Positions 40,606 to 54,574 of a stretch of DNA of 64,000 bases are shown in pieces. A program made the position numbers and the translations under genes. The notes under the pieces are model-generated. The model ran no database searches. It was not told the origin of the DNA and saw only the letters and a list, made by a program, of their open reading frames with translations. The DNA comes from Eledone cirrhosa. Lineage: Eukaryota. The number at the start of each line of letters is the position of its first letter. The stretch's first letter is position 1. The stretch spans positions 1 through 64,000 of the forward strand of contig CAXHJY010000052.1 of the NCBI GenBank assembly GCA_964016885.1, written 5' to 3'.

Positions 40606-43600
40606 GGGTGTCTTTATCACTCTACACTCATTTCAGCCACCACCTGACCATTGGGTATCTTTAGCACAGTCCACTCAATTTCAGCCACCACCTGACCATT
40701 GGGTATCTTTAAAACTGTCCACTCAATTTCAACCACCACTTGACCATTGGGATGTCTTTAGTACTGTCCAGTCAGTTTCAGCCACCACCTGACCATTGGG
40801 TATCTTTAGCACTGTCCAGTCAGTTTCAACCACCACCTGACCATTGGGTATCTTTAGCACTGTCCAGTCAGTTTCAACCACCACCTGACCATTGGGTATC
40901 TTTAGCACTGTCCAGTCAGTTTCAACCACCACCTGACCATTGGGTATCTTTAGCACTGTCCAGTCAGTTTCAGCCACCACCTGACCATTGGGTATCTTTA
41001 GCACTGTCCAGTCAGTTTCAGCCACCACCTGACCATTGGGTATCTTTAGCACTGTCCAGTCAGTTTCAGCCACCACCTGACCATTGGGTATCTTTATCAC
41101 AGTCCAGTCAGTTTCAACCACCACCTGACCATTGGGTATCTTTATCACTGTCCAGTCAGTTTCAGCCACCACCTGACCATTGGGTGTCTTTATCACTGTC
41201 CAGTCAGTTTCAAACACCACCTGACCATTGGGTATCTTTAGCACTGTCCAGTCAGTTTCAACCACCACCTGACCATTGGGTATCTTTAGCACTGTCCAGT
41301 CAGTTTCAGCCACCACCTGACCATTGGGTATCTTTAGCACTGTCCAGTCAGTTTCAGCCACCACCTGACCATTGGGTATCTTTAGCACTGTCCAGTCAGT
41401 TTCAGCCACCACCTGACCATTGGGTATCTTTAGCACAGTCCAGTCAGTTTCAACCACCACCTGACCATTGGGTATCTTTAGCACAGTCCAGTCAGTTTCA
41501 ACCACCACCTGACCATTGGGTATCTTTAGCACTGTCCAGTCAGTTTCAGCCACCACCTGACCATTGGGTATCTTTAGCACAGTCCAGTCAGTTTTAACCA
41601 CCACCTGACCATTGGATATCTTTAGCACTGTCCAGTCAGTTTCAGCCACCACCTGACCATTGGGTATCTTTAGCACAGTCCAGTCAGTTTCAGCCACCAC
41701 CTGACCATTGGGTATCTTTAGCACAGTCCAGTCAGTTTCAGCCACCACCTGACCATTGGGTATCTTTAGCACAGTCCAGTCACTTTCAACCACCACCTGA
41801 CCATTGGGTATCTTTAGCACAGTCCAGTCACTTTCAACCACCACCTGACCATTGGGTATCTTTAGCACAGTCCAGTCAGTTTCAGCCACCACTTGACCAT
41901 TGGGTATCTTTAGCACAGTCCAGTCAGTTTCAGCCACCACCTGACCATTGGGTATCTTTAGCACAGTCCAGTCAGTTTCAGCCACCACTTGAACATTGGG
42001 TATCTTTAGCACAGTCCAGTCACTTTCAACCACCACCTGACCATTGGGTATCTTTATCACAGTCCAGTCAGTTTCAACCACCACCTGACCATTGGGTATC
42101 TTTATCACAGTCCAGTCAGTTTCAACCACCACCTGACCATTGGGTATCTTTATCACTGTCCAGTCAGTTTCAACCGCCACTTGACCATTGGGTATCTTTA
42201 GCACTGTCCAGTCAGTTTCAACCACCACCTGACCATTGGGTATCTTTATCACAGTCCAGTCAGTTTCAACCACCACCTGACCATTGGGTATCTTTAGCAC
42301 TGTCCAGTCAGTTTCAACCACCACCTGACCATTGGGTATCTTTATCACAGTCCAGTCAGTTTCAACCACCACTTGACCATTGGGTATCTTTAGCACTGTC
42401 CAGTCAGTTTCAACCACCACCTGACCATTGGGTATCTTTAGCACAGTCCAGTCAGTTTCAACCACCACTTGACCATTGGGTATCTTTAGCACTGTCCAGT
42501 CAGTTTCAACCACCACCTGACCATTGGGTATCTTTAGCACAGTCCAGTCAGTTTCAACCACCACTTGACCATTGGGTATCTTTAGCACAGTCCAGTCAGT
42601 TTCAACCACCACCTGACCATTGGGTATCTTTATCACAGTCCAGTCAGTTTCAACCACCACTTGACCATTGGGTATCTTTAGCACTGTCCAGTCAGTTTCA
42701 ACCACCACCTGACCATTGGGTATCTTTAGCACAGTCCAGTCAGTTTCAACCACCACTTGACCATTGGGTATCTTTAGCACAGTCCAGTCAGTTTCAACCA
42801 CCACTTGACCATTGGGTATCTTTAGCACAGTCCAGTCAGTTTCAACCACCACTTGACCATTGGGTATCTTTATCACTGTCCAGTCAGTTTCAACCACCAC
42901 TTGACCATTGGGTATCTTTAGCACAGTCCAGTCAGTTTCAACCACCACTTGACCATTGGGTATCTTTAGCACAGTCCAGTCAGTTTCAACCACCACCTGA
43001 CCTTTGGGTATCTTTATCACTGTCCAGTCAGTTTCAACCACCACTTGACCATTGGGTATCTTTAGCACAGTCCAGTCAGTTTCAACCACCACTTGACCAT
43101 TGGGTATCTTTAGCACAGTCCAGTGAGTTTCAACCACCACTTGACCATTGGGTATCTTTAGCACAGTCCAGTCAGTTTCAACCACCACTTGACCATTGGG
43201 TATCTTTAGCACAGTCCAGTCAGTTTCAACCACCACCTGACCATTGGGTATCTTTATCACTGTCCAGTCAGTTTCAACCACCACTTGACCATTGGGTATC
43301 TTTAGCACAGTCCAGTCAGTTTCAACCACCACTTGACCATTGGGTATCTTTAGCACAGTCCAGTCAGTTTCAGCCACCACTTGACCATTGGGTATCTTTA
43401 GCACAGTCCAGTCAGTTTCAACCACCACTTGACCATTGGGTATCTTTAGCACAGTCCAGTCAGTTTCAACCACCACTTGACCATTGGGTATCTTTAGCAC
43501 AGTCCAGTCAGTTTCAGCCACCACCTGACCATTGGGTATCTTTAGCACTGTCCAGTCAGTTTCAACCACCACCTGACCATTGGGTATCTTTAGCACAGTC

Positions 43601-44765
43601 CAGTCAGTTTCAGCCACCACTTGACCATTGGGTATCTTTAGCACAGTCCAGTCAGTTTCAGCTACCACCTGACCATTGGGTATCTTTAGCACTGTCCTGT
43701 CAGTTTCAGCCACCACCTGACCATTGGGTATCTTTAGTACTGTCCAGTCAGTTTCAGCCACCACCTGACCATTGGGTATCTTTAGCACTGTCCAGTCAGT
43801 TTCAGCCACCACCTGACCATTGGGTATCTTTAGCACAGTCCAGTCAGTTTTAACCACCACCTGACCATTGGGTATCTTTAGCACAGTCCAGTCAGTTTCA
43901 ACCACCACCTGACCATTGGGTATCTTTAGCACAGTCCAGTCAGTTTCAACCACCACCTGACCATTGGGTATCTTTAGCACTGTCCAGTCAGTTTCAACCA
44001 CAACCTGACCATTGGGTATCTTTATCACAGTCCAGTCAGTTTCAACCACCACTTGACCATTGGGTATCTTTAGCACTGTCCAGTCAGTTTCAACCACCAC
44101 CTGACCATTGGGTATCTTTATCACAGTCCAGTCAGTTTCAACCACCACCTGACCATTGGGTATCTTTATCACAGTCCAGTCAGTTTCAACCACCACCTGA
44201 CCATTGGGTATCTTTAGCACTGTCCAGTCAGTTTCAGCCACCACTTGACCATTGGGTATCTTTAGCACAGTCCAGTCAGTTTCAACCACCACGTGACCAT
44301 TGGGTATCTTTATCACAGTCCAGTCAGTTTCAACCACCACCTGACCATTGGGTATCTTTAGCACTGTCCAGTCAGTTTCAGCCACCACCTGACCATTGGG
44401 TATCTTTAGCACTGTCCAGTCAGTTTCAGCCACCACCTGACCATTGGGTATCTTTAGCACTGTCCAGTCAGTTTCAACCACCACCTGACCATTGGGTATC
44501 TTTATCACAGTCCAGTCAGTTTCAACCACCACCTGACCATTGGGTATCTTTATCACAGTCCAGTCAGTTTCAACCACCACCTGACCATTGGGTATCTTTA
44601 GCACTGTCCAGTCAGTTTCAGCCACCACCTGACCATTGGGTATCTTTAGCACAGTCCAGTCAGTTTCAGCCACCACCTGACCATTGGGTATCTTTAGCAC
44701 AGTCCAGTCAGTTTCAGCCACCACCTGACCCTTTGCTTGACCCTTTGGTATTTTTACCACAGTTC
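40606..44765. repeat. 48-bp minisatellite (~86 units) with a stop-free minus-strand frame
   Basis: Unit ttgggtatctttagcactgtccagtcagtttcagccaccacctgacca; the minus frame repeats VLKIPNGQVV(A/V)ETDWT. Confidence 0.97.
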
Positions 44766-44884
44766 ACTCGAGTGAAGCATTCAGACCATGTCTCCAAATT
44801 AAGGATACCTTCCTCCCACCAAACTCAGAGAAAGACCCTCAAAACTGTTACAGGTGCTGTATTTCCCACTAACTAAATCATAAA

Positions 44885-46005
44885 ACAACACCACCACCAC
44901 CAACAACAACACCACCAACAGCAATACCACCACCAACAACACCAACAACAACACCACCACCGCCAACACCAATACCACCACCATCAACACCACCACCAAC
45001 AACAACAACACCAACAACAACACCAACAACAACAACACCACCAACAACACCACCACCAACAACACCACCAACAACACCAACAACAACAACACCACCAACA
45101 CCGCCACCAACAACACCACCAACAACAACAACAACAACACCAATACCACCACCAACAACACCACCAACAACACCACCAACAACAACACCAACAACAACAC
45201 CACCACCAACACCACCAACAACACCACCAACAACACCACCAACAACAACACCACCACCAACACCACCAACAACACCACCACCAACACCACCACCAACAAC
45301 ACCACCTACAACAACACCACCACCAACAACACCACCACCAACAACACCACCAACAACACCACCAACAACACCACCAACAACACCACCAACACCACCACCA
45401 ACAACATCACCAACAACAACACCAACAACAACACCAACAACAACACCAACAACACCACCAACAACAACACCAACAACAACACCACCAACAACACCACCAA
45501 CACCACCAACAACACCACCAACACCACCACCAACAACACCACCTACAACAACACCAACAACACCACCACCAACAACAACACCACCAACAACAACACCACC
45601 AACAACACCACCAACAACACCATCAACAACACCACCTACAACACCACCAACAACACCACCAACAACACCACCTACAACAACACCACCAACACCACCACCA
45701 ACAACACCACCAACACCACCACCAACAACACCACCTACAACAACACCAACACCACCACCTACAACAACACCACCAACACCACCACCAACACCACCACCAC
45801 CAACAGCAACACCACCACCACCAACAGCAACACCACCACCACAAACAACAAAAACACCACCAACACTACCACCAACAACACCACTTACAACAACACCAAC
45901 AACACCACCAACAACACCACCACCAACACCACCACCACCAACACCACCACCAACACCAACACCACCACCAACACCACCACCAACAACAACACTACCAACA
46001 ACACC
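44885..46005. repeat. (AAC/ACC)n compound trinucleotide repeat
   Basis: Direct inspection. Confidence 0.92.
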
Positions 46006-46202
46006 ATATGACCAGAAATAAACTCTCCAAACTAGTTGTGCAATAGTCTTATAAGATGTAACTTCTTATGGAACCAGAGAAACTTGCAAAAGAGTTGAGC
46101 TGTAAATTTCATTCCATTTGACCATTGTACAGATCTTCAGGTAGTTTTAATTGCATCATTCACATATGTAGTGACATCTGCTGCTGTTGGTGATGGCAGG
46201 AA

Positions 46203-48185
46203 TGGTGGTGGTGGTGGTGGTGGTGGTGGTGGTGGTGGTGGTGGTGGTGGTGGTGGTGGTGGTGGTGTGATGGTGGTGATGGTGGTGGTGGTGGTGGAGG
46301 CGATGGTAGTAATTGCGGTTTTGATGATGATTGTGGTGGTGATAGAGGTAATAGTGGTGGTGGTGGTGGAGGGGGAGGCGATGGTAGTAATTGCGGTTTT
46401 GATGATGATTGTGGTGGTGGTGTGATGGTGGTGATGGTGGTGGTGGTGGTGGTGGTGGTGGTGGAGGTGATGGTAGTAATTGCGGTTTTGATGATGATTG
46501 TGGTGGTGATGGAGGTAATAGTGATGGTGGTGGTGGTGGTGGTGTGATGGTGGTGGTGGTGGTGGTGGTGGTGGTGGTGGCGATGGTAGTAATTGCGGTT
46601 TTGATGATGATTGTGGTGGTGATGGAGGTAATAGTGATGGTGGTGGTGGTGGTGGTGTGATGGTGGTGGTGGTGGTGGTGGTGGTGGTGGTGGTGGTGGT
46701 GGCGATGGTAGTAATTGCGGTTTAGATGATGGTTGTGGTGGTGATGGAGGTAATAGTGGTGGTGGTGGTGGTGGTGGTGTGATGGTGGTGGTGGAGGTGG
46801 TGGTGTGATGGTGGTGGTGGTGGTGATGGTGGTGGTGGTGGTGTGATGGTGGTGGTGGTGGTGGTGGTGGTGGTGGTGGTGGTGGTGGCGATGGTAGTAA
46901 TTGCGGTTTAGATGATGGTTGTGGTGGTGATGGAGGTAATAGTGATGGTGGTGGTGGTGGTGGTGTGATGGTGGTGGTGGTGGTTGTGGTGGTGGTGGTG
47001 TGATGGTGGTGGTGGTGGTGGTGGTGGTGGTGGTGGTGGAGGCGATGGTAGTAATTGCGGTTTTGATGATGATTGTGGTGGTGATGGAGGTAATAGTGAT
47101 GGTGGTGGTGGTGGTGGTGTGATGGTGGTGGTGGTGGTGGTGGTGGTGGTGTGATGGTGGTGGTGGTGGTTGTGGTGGTGGTGGTGTGATGGTGGTGGTG
47201 GTGGTGGTGGTGGTGGTGGTGGTGGAGGCGATGGTAGTAATTGCGGTTTAGATGATGGTTGTGGTGGTGATGGAGGTAATAGTGGTGGTGGTGGTGGTGG
47301 TGGTGGTGGTGTGATGGTGGTGGTGGTGGTGGTGGTGGTGGTGGCGATGGTAGTAATTGCGGTTTAGATGATGGTTGTGGTGGTGATGGAGGTAATAGTG
47401 GTGGTGGTGGTGGTGGTGGTGTGATGGTGGTGGTGGTGGTGGTGGTGGTGGTGGTGGTGGTGGTGGCGATGGTAGTAATTGCGGTTTAGATGATGGTTGT
47501 GGTGGTGATGGAGGTAATAGTGATGGTGGTGGTGGTGGTGGTGTGATGGTGGTGGTGGTGGTTGTGGTGGTGGTGGTGTGATGGTGGTGGTGGTGGTGGT
47601 GGTGGTGGTGGTGGTGGAGGCGATGGTAGTAATTGCGGTTTTGATGATGATTGTGGTGGTGATGGAGGTAATAGTGATGGTGGTGGTGGTGGTGGTGTGA
47701 TGGTGGTGGTGGTGGTGGTGTGATGGTGGTGGTGGTGGTGGTGGCGATGGTAGTAATTGCGGTTTAGATGATGGTTGTGGTGGTGATGGAGGTAATAGTG
47801 GTGGTGGTGGTGGTGGTGGTGTGATGGTGGTGGTGGTGGTGGTGGTGTGATGGTGGTGGTGGTGGTGATGGTGGTGGTGGTGGTGGTGGTGTGATGGTGG
47901 TGGTGGTGGTGGTGGTGGTGGAGGCGATGGTAGTAATTGCGGTTTAGATGATGGTTGTGGTGGTGGTGGTGGTGGTGGTGGAGGCGATGGTAGTAATTGC
48001 GGTTTAGATGATGGTTGTGGTGGTGATTGAGGTAATAGTGATGTTGGTGGTGGTGGTGGTAGTAGTTGAGATTGTGGTGGTGGTGGTGGTGGTGGTTGAG
48101 ATGGTGGTGGTGGTGGTGGTGATGGTGGTGATGTTTGTGATGCTGGTGTTGATGGTGATGGTGCTAATGGTGGTGCTGATGGTGA
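46203..48185. repeat. Composite repeat: conserved ~55-bp core x14 with variable (GGT)n spacers
   Basis: gcgatggtagtaattgcggttt(t/a)gatgatg(a/g)ttgtggtggtgatggaggtaatagtg recurs from ~46300 to ~47984. Confidence 0.9.
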
Positions 48186-48365
48186 GTAAAGATAGCATGT
48201 ACATGTACACCAATAAAATCCAATTCACATTCAAACAGTAATACATACGTCTCTCTAAAACCCCCCCAAAAAAGAAGACAAACAGAAAAGAAAGCCTTCA
48301 TTGAACAATAGACTAGGAGAAACTAGGATTGTGTGAGAAGTCTGTGCATAAAAATCAACATCTCA

Positions 48366-48379
48366 ATACATACATATAT

Positions 48380-48462
<83 letters not shown>

Positions 48463-48852
48463 TGTATGTATGTATGTATGTATACATGCATACATATATA
48501 CATATATATACATATATATATATATATACATACATACATGCATACATATATACATATATATACATATATATATATATATACATACATGCATGCATACATA
48601 TATACATATATATACATATATATATATATATATACATACATGCATACATATATACATATATATACATATATATATATATATATACATACATGCATACATA
48701 TATACATATATATACATATATATATATATACATACATGTATACATATATACATATATATACATACATGCATACATATATACATATATATACATACATATA
48801 TATATATACATATATATATATATACATATATATATATACATACATATACATA
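48366..48852. repeat. (TA)n/(TATG)n/(TACA)n microsatellite
   Basis: Direct inspection. Confidence 0.9.
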
Positions 48853-49499
48853 TGAATCCATGCATGTGTATCCCTGCTTCTTTGTCTGCACTAGCCATTA
48901 AGTACAGTATACTATTTAATAGAAGAAATGTATATATAAGAGGTGAGTTTATAGTGCATGAGAAATGAAGAAATATCATAAAAGTAACAGAATTCGAAAG
49001 TGTACTGCAAAATACTAACTCCTTTCATCTGAATAAGCAAATATATAACAACAAAATTTATTGTTTGATGTCACTACACAGAAAGTAAGCGACAGTAAAG
49101 AGGAATGCTTTATCAGAATTACTGAACAAGAGAGAAAAAAGTTTTATAGTTGTCTTCATATACGAAACGCCAGCTACCTGAAATATGTAAGATGAATACA
49201 TCAACTTTAGAGAATATACTTGAGTGTAAAAGTACAATATAAAGAGTTGTGTAGTTGAGAAGGAAAAAAGTATTGTCTTCAGTGCATGGCAGAGAAATAC
49301 TATGTTTTTTGTTTTGTTTGTTAGTTTGTTTGATTTTATAGTTTTTTGGGGGGTTTTTTGACAAAATTGTTGAATAGTGATTAAAATATAAGTTCCTCCC
49401 AAAGTGTTGTCACGAAAGCAGACTTGCACTTTGGAAAATGTATTATTTGTGTGTGTGTGTGTAATTCTTTGTGTATATATATTCATTATTTTGTGTATG

Positions 49500-49718
49500 A
49501 GGGCAGTGGATTGGCAGTATTGGGTGAGTGTCAGACACCATGCCTTGTTGCATAGAGTTATAACCCTTTACGTTCTGAGTTAAAATCCCACTGAGGTTAA
49601 CTTTGCTTTTCATCCTTACAGGGGTGGTAAAATAAAGCACCAGTAATGCACTGGGGTCGATTTAATCAACTTCCCCTCCCCTAAATTCCTGGCCTTGTGC
49701 CTATAGTAGAAATCGTCA
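49500..49718 (+). mobile_element. SINE family A, long form
   Basis: Family A plus an extra ggggtcgatttaatcaacttcccc segment, also present in copies at 10535, 10960, 55480 and 59480. Confidence 0.85.
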
Positions 49719-49863
49719 TTTCTATGTATATATACATGTGTGTGTGTGAGAGAGAGAGAGTGTGTGTGTGTGTGTGTAAAAAGTAAATGGAAATAACAAA
49801 AGAAAATTACACATTACAATAAAGAAATATATTAGTTTAATGCTTTAAATAATAATAAAAGAG

Positions 49864-49899
49864 TCTTAACGTTTCAAACACTAGTCCTTCATCAGAAGA
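49864..49899 (-). ncRNA. Degenerate minimal hammerhead (paralog of 5726-5761)
   Basis: tctt-CTGATGA-aggactagtgttt-GAAA-cgTT-aaga; stem II weakened by C>T changes. Confidence 0.5.
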
Positions 49900-50004
49900 T
49901 AGCATGAGAAATAAAAGATGAAATAGAAAGATAGTGAGAAGAAGAAGGAAAGGAAAATAAAAATTGAGAAAAAAAGTACTCATGCGTATTTAGTCAGCCA
50001 TTTT

Positions 50005-50145
50005 GATATTAGAGGAATCAGATATGTGCAAGAAAGAAAATTGCACTGGTATGAACCTGTGATGCATAGGGAGGGTGATCTTTGGGTGAAGGAGTGCCAG
50101 TGGAAGAAAGTTGCAGTAGAGCAAGACTGAGGAAGACCTGGGCAA
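50005..50145 (+). pseudogene. RTE-LINE 3' ORF fragment
   Basis: VQERKLHWYEPVMHREGDLWVKEC...RARLRKTW resembles RTE RRLRWYGHVMR...RGRPRKTW. Confidence 0.6.
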
Positions 50146-50164
50146 ACACTAAACATCACAAAGT

Positions 50165-50701
50165 AGATGATGATGGAATACAATAAATGGAAGGAGGCTG
50201 GGATGTTATGTGCTGGAGAGGAGAGGACCCATCCAACCCATGCTAGCATAGAAAAGTGAATGTAAAGTGATGATGATGATGATGGAATACAATAAATGGA
50301 AGGAGGCTGAGATGTTGTGCTGGAGAGGACCCATCCAACCCATGCTAACTTGGAAAAATGGATGTAAAGTGGTGGTGATGATGATGATGGAATACAATAA
50401 ATGGAAGGAGGCTGAGATGTTATGTGCTGGAGAGGACCCATCCAACCCATGCTAGCATAGAAAAGTGAATGTAAAGTGATGATGATGATGATGATGGAAT
50501 ACAATGAATAGAAGGAGGCTGAGATGTTGTCTGCTGGAGAGGACCCATCCAACCCATGCTAACTTGGAAAAATGGATGTAAAGTGATGATGATGATGATG
50601 ATGGAATACAATAAATGGAAGGAGGCTGAGATGTTATGTGCTGGAGAGGACCCATCCAACCCATGCTAACTTGGAAAAATGGATGTAAAGTGGTGGTGAT
50701 G

Positions 50702-50736
<35 letters not shown>

Positions 50737-51072
50737 GATGATGATAATGATGAGGAGGATGGTGATGATGATAATGATGAGGATGATGATAATTGTTTCT
50801 ACTTTTTGGCACAAGGCCAGCAATTATCCCAGTACATTACTGGTACTTTATTTTATCGACCCCGTAAGGATGAAAGGAAAAGTTAACCTCGGCGGGATTT
50901 GAACTCAGATCGTAAAGGGACGTAACTATGCTGGAAAGCATAGTCCAACCCTCTACCGATACTGCCAATAATGCGATGAATGGAAGGAGGCTGGGATGTT
51001 ATGTGCTGGAGAGGACACATCCAACCCATGCTAGCTTGCAAAAATGGATGTAAAGTGATGATGATGATGATG
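50165..51072 (+). repeat. Tandem array of the RTE 3' tail (~105-115 bp, 5 + 1 copies), split by a SINE
   Basis: gatggaatacaataaatggaaggaggctg..acccatccaacccatgcta..gtaaagt(gat)n; SINE A (-) at 50790-50968. Confidence 0.85.
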
Positions 51073-51129
51073 TTGAGCATCTAGAACCACATTTATTGGT
51101 ATAATTTGCACATCTTTTAAGACAAAAAC

Positions 51130-52156
51130 CACCACCGCCACCACTACTACTACTACCTATACCACGACTACCATCTCTATTATCATTACTACTACTTTTA
51201 CCACCACTACTACCACTACTTCCACTATTACTACTACTACCTATACCACCACTACCACCTCTATTATCATTACTACTACTAGCACCACTAACACTACCAC
51301 CACTACTACCACTATTACCACTACTACTATCACCACCACCACTACCACCATTACTCCCACTATTACAACTACTACCACCACTACCACCACCACTACTACC
51401 ACCACTACTACCACCACTACCACCACCACCACTACAACACATTAACAAACCACTTTGCAAACATTTATTCATTCTTTCTTTCTTTGTCAGTGATAATTAT
51501 TTCTAAAACTTTTAGCTGTATCTGTAATTCTGATACATATACTCATATACATATATATACACTCATACATACACATACACATACACTCATACACATATAT
51601 ATATATACACTCATACTCATATATATACATACACTCGTACACACATATATACATACACTCATACACACACATATATACTCATACACACATATATACATAC
51701 TACACACATATATACATACACTCATACACATATATATATACACATACTCATACACACATATATACATACACTCATACACATATATATACACTCATACTCA
51801 TATATATACATACACTTATATATATATACACTCATACTCATATATATATACATACACTCGTACACATATATATACATACACTCATACACACACATATATA
51901 CTCATACACTCATACACATATATATACACATACTCATACATATAGATATACATACACTCATACACATATATATACATATACTCGTACATATAGATATACA
52001 TGCACTCATACACATATATATACATACACTCATACACATATATATACACATACTCATACATATAGATATACATACACTCATACACATATATATACACATA
52101 CTCGTACATATAGATATACATGCACTCATGCACACATATATCATACACTCATACAC

Positions 52157-52188
<32 letters not shown>

Positions 52189-52340
52189 ACACACAGGATT
52201 CTGCTTTGGTGATTTGCTGTAAGTTCTTTATTATTTAATAGCTATTTTTCTCTGTGTGTATATATCTATGTATACACACTTATACACACATGAATGTATG
52301 TATACACACATATATACATATGTATGAATGTATATATGTA

Positions 52341-52418
<78 letters not shown>

Positions 52419-52479
52419 CATACATATATATATTATGGAATGCTGTTGACATTTCGCTGGTGTGTTTTCTATACCTTTC

Positions 52480-52566
<87 letters not shown>

Positions 52567-52580
52567 TGTATATATATAGT
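51130..52580. repeat. (ACC/ACT)n, CA-rich degenerate repeat and (TA)n tracts
   Basis: Direct inspection. Confidence 0.85.
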
Positions 52581-53029
52581 TTGGAGTAGATATCATCTAC
52601 CAATTCTCTTCCTCATTCCATAAATTGTTTCCGTTTTCTTTCACGGCCATTTTGCTGTCATTTCTGATATTCATTTAAAATGTCCTCTAATACCACTCAT
52701 GTCATTTTCTTTTAGAATCCTCCAACATTTCAAACCATTTATTTTATATATTTTTATATTTTTTAAATATTTCTAAATCATTTCACAATTATTTTAAAAT
52801 TACTTTGATAGTTTCAATTAAAATAATAATTTTTATTGCTTTCTTCTTCCATTCTTTCATCCATTCCAGAATCTTCCTAGTCTGTTATTTTAGATTCTAG
52901 TTTAATTTCAATAAATTATCCTATCAGGAATCATATCATATCAAAGTTGTATGTTAAAACTATTTCTGTTGAAAGTATTGTTGTTGCTGTTACCTTCAAA
53001 CATTCCTGTCTTTATCATTTCATTTTCAA

Positions 53030-53428
53030 ACGGCGGTGAATTGGCAGTATCAGTAGAGAGTCGTACGCCATGCTTTGCAGCATAGTGTTACAGCCATTTA
53101 CCAGTCTGAGTTCAAATCCCACTGTGGTTAACTTTGCCTTTCATATATATATATACACACATAAGTCAATTGTTTTATTTTCTTATAACATAGCTACGCT
53201 ATTCATCAAGGCAAGTGCTCATTATATCTGTGAAGAGGCAGTGGATTGGCAGTATCGGTAGAGGGTTGGATGCCATGCTTTGCAGCATAAAGTTACGGCC
53301 ATTTACAGTCTGAGTTCAAATCCTGTTGAGGTTAACTTTGCCTTTCATCCTTACGGGGTCGATAAAATAAAGTACCAGTAATGCACTAGGAGAATTGCTG
53401 GCCTTATACCAAAAGTAGAAACAATTAT
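53030..53428 (+). mobile_element. Two SINE family A copies (53030-53142 partial; 53236-53428 full)
   Basis: A and B boxes and the family core. Confidence 0.85.
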
Positions 53429-53544
53429 TTCTTCTTCAAAATCAAACTGATTTCAATTCATTGAATGCCAAAATAGAAGTAAATTAACAGCAAATGATGT
53501 CAGACATGTGGTAAGAATCTCTCAGGGAAGTATTGCTAGATAGA

Positions 53545-53630
53545 TTTCATGGGCAAAACCACCTGGTAGGGGAGCCAGGGGTAGATACCGAGCAAGATGG
53601 CTGGATAACATCCATGAACTTAAATGGTTT
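53545..53630 (+). pseudogene. RTE-like LINE C-terminal fragment
   Basis: PPGRGARGRYRARWLDNI resembles RGRPRxRWxDxI. Confidence 0.5.
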
Positions 53631-53653
53631 TGCTTGGGAATCCATGTTAATAA

Positions 53654-53738
53654 AAAAACAATGAAGTTTCATTTACACATATTTAGGTTTTTAATTTGTA
53701 TTGACCTAAATACATGTAAACGAAACTTCATCGTTTTT
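53654..53738. repeat. 35-bp imperfect inverted repeat (15-nt loop)
   Basis: aaaaacaatgaagtttcatttacacatatttaggt vs acctaaatacatgtaaacgaaacttcatcgttttt; 4 transition mismatches. Confidence 0.8.
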
Positions 53739-54574
53739 CTTAAAATAATCACTCTGCCTATACATCAAGTGTTCATTTTGATACTACTACCAGTAATTCA
53801 CTGAATCACATCCACTATATATATATATATATATATATATATGTTATGTAATTCCAAAGGAAAAGCAAAGGAAAAAAGAGTGCTCTATGTATAGAACAGA
53901 GCTATTCACTTTCTATATATAGATATAGATATATAACCAAGACTGTCAATTGCCTGAAGTTGAATGCAAATCCATCCAGATTTAACCAAAACCAACCACG
54001 AACCGAACCCAACGGATTCTAAACTATACATTTATATTTGACCCCATTCCCTAGATCCACAGCACTCAAGCCTAAACTAAATCATGTTCCTTTTTCTGCA
54101 TTCCCACCTCCTGTCAAAACAACCTCTGACCTACACCAATTACTGATATGAGGATGATGGATGTCATCAGGCTGCAGCTATTATATTATTTAGTTTCTAT
54201 ATAAAAAGAATATTTATATATTCTTTGAATGGAAGCCAAATATATAATATGTTTTATGAACTATATTTCCTCCAAAATGATTATCAGAATAAATGTCTTC
54301 TTTTTACCAGATATACTGATGGTGGCAAATTCCCAGAATTCTTTGCAAATACATCAGTAACAAAAGATCAAAGCCAATCATATCAAAAATATCAAAGTCA
54401 AATGCCTCATTATAGATATATCAACTTTTGTAACACTCTTCTCATCTCATTTTCTATTTTGAATCATTGAAATCCTTTTACACCTTGTTCTGATTTGTCA
54501 TCATGCTGTTGCTGCCGCTGTTGTTGTTTGTTCCAGTTCTTTAGGCTCTGAGTTCAAATCCCACTGAGATCAAT

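Noticed and set aside
46300-48050. Repeat-spacer architecture reminiscent of CRISPR
   Set aside because: The spacers are only variable-length (GGT)n, in a eukaryotic context.
49060-49190. Possible exon on either strand (+ donor gtaaga; - acceptor catatttcag)
   Set aside because: Each strand has only one good splice signal, so it cannot be supported without RNA data.
54311-54470. Acceptor-like ttctttttaccag followed by an open frame (YTDGGKFPEFF...)
   Set aside because: No clear donor or homology; compatible with chance.
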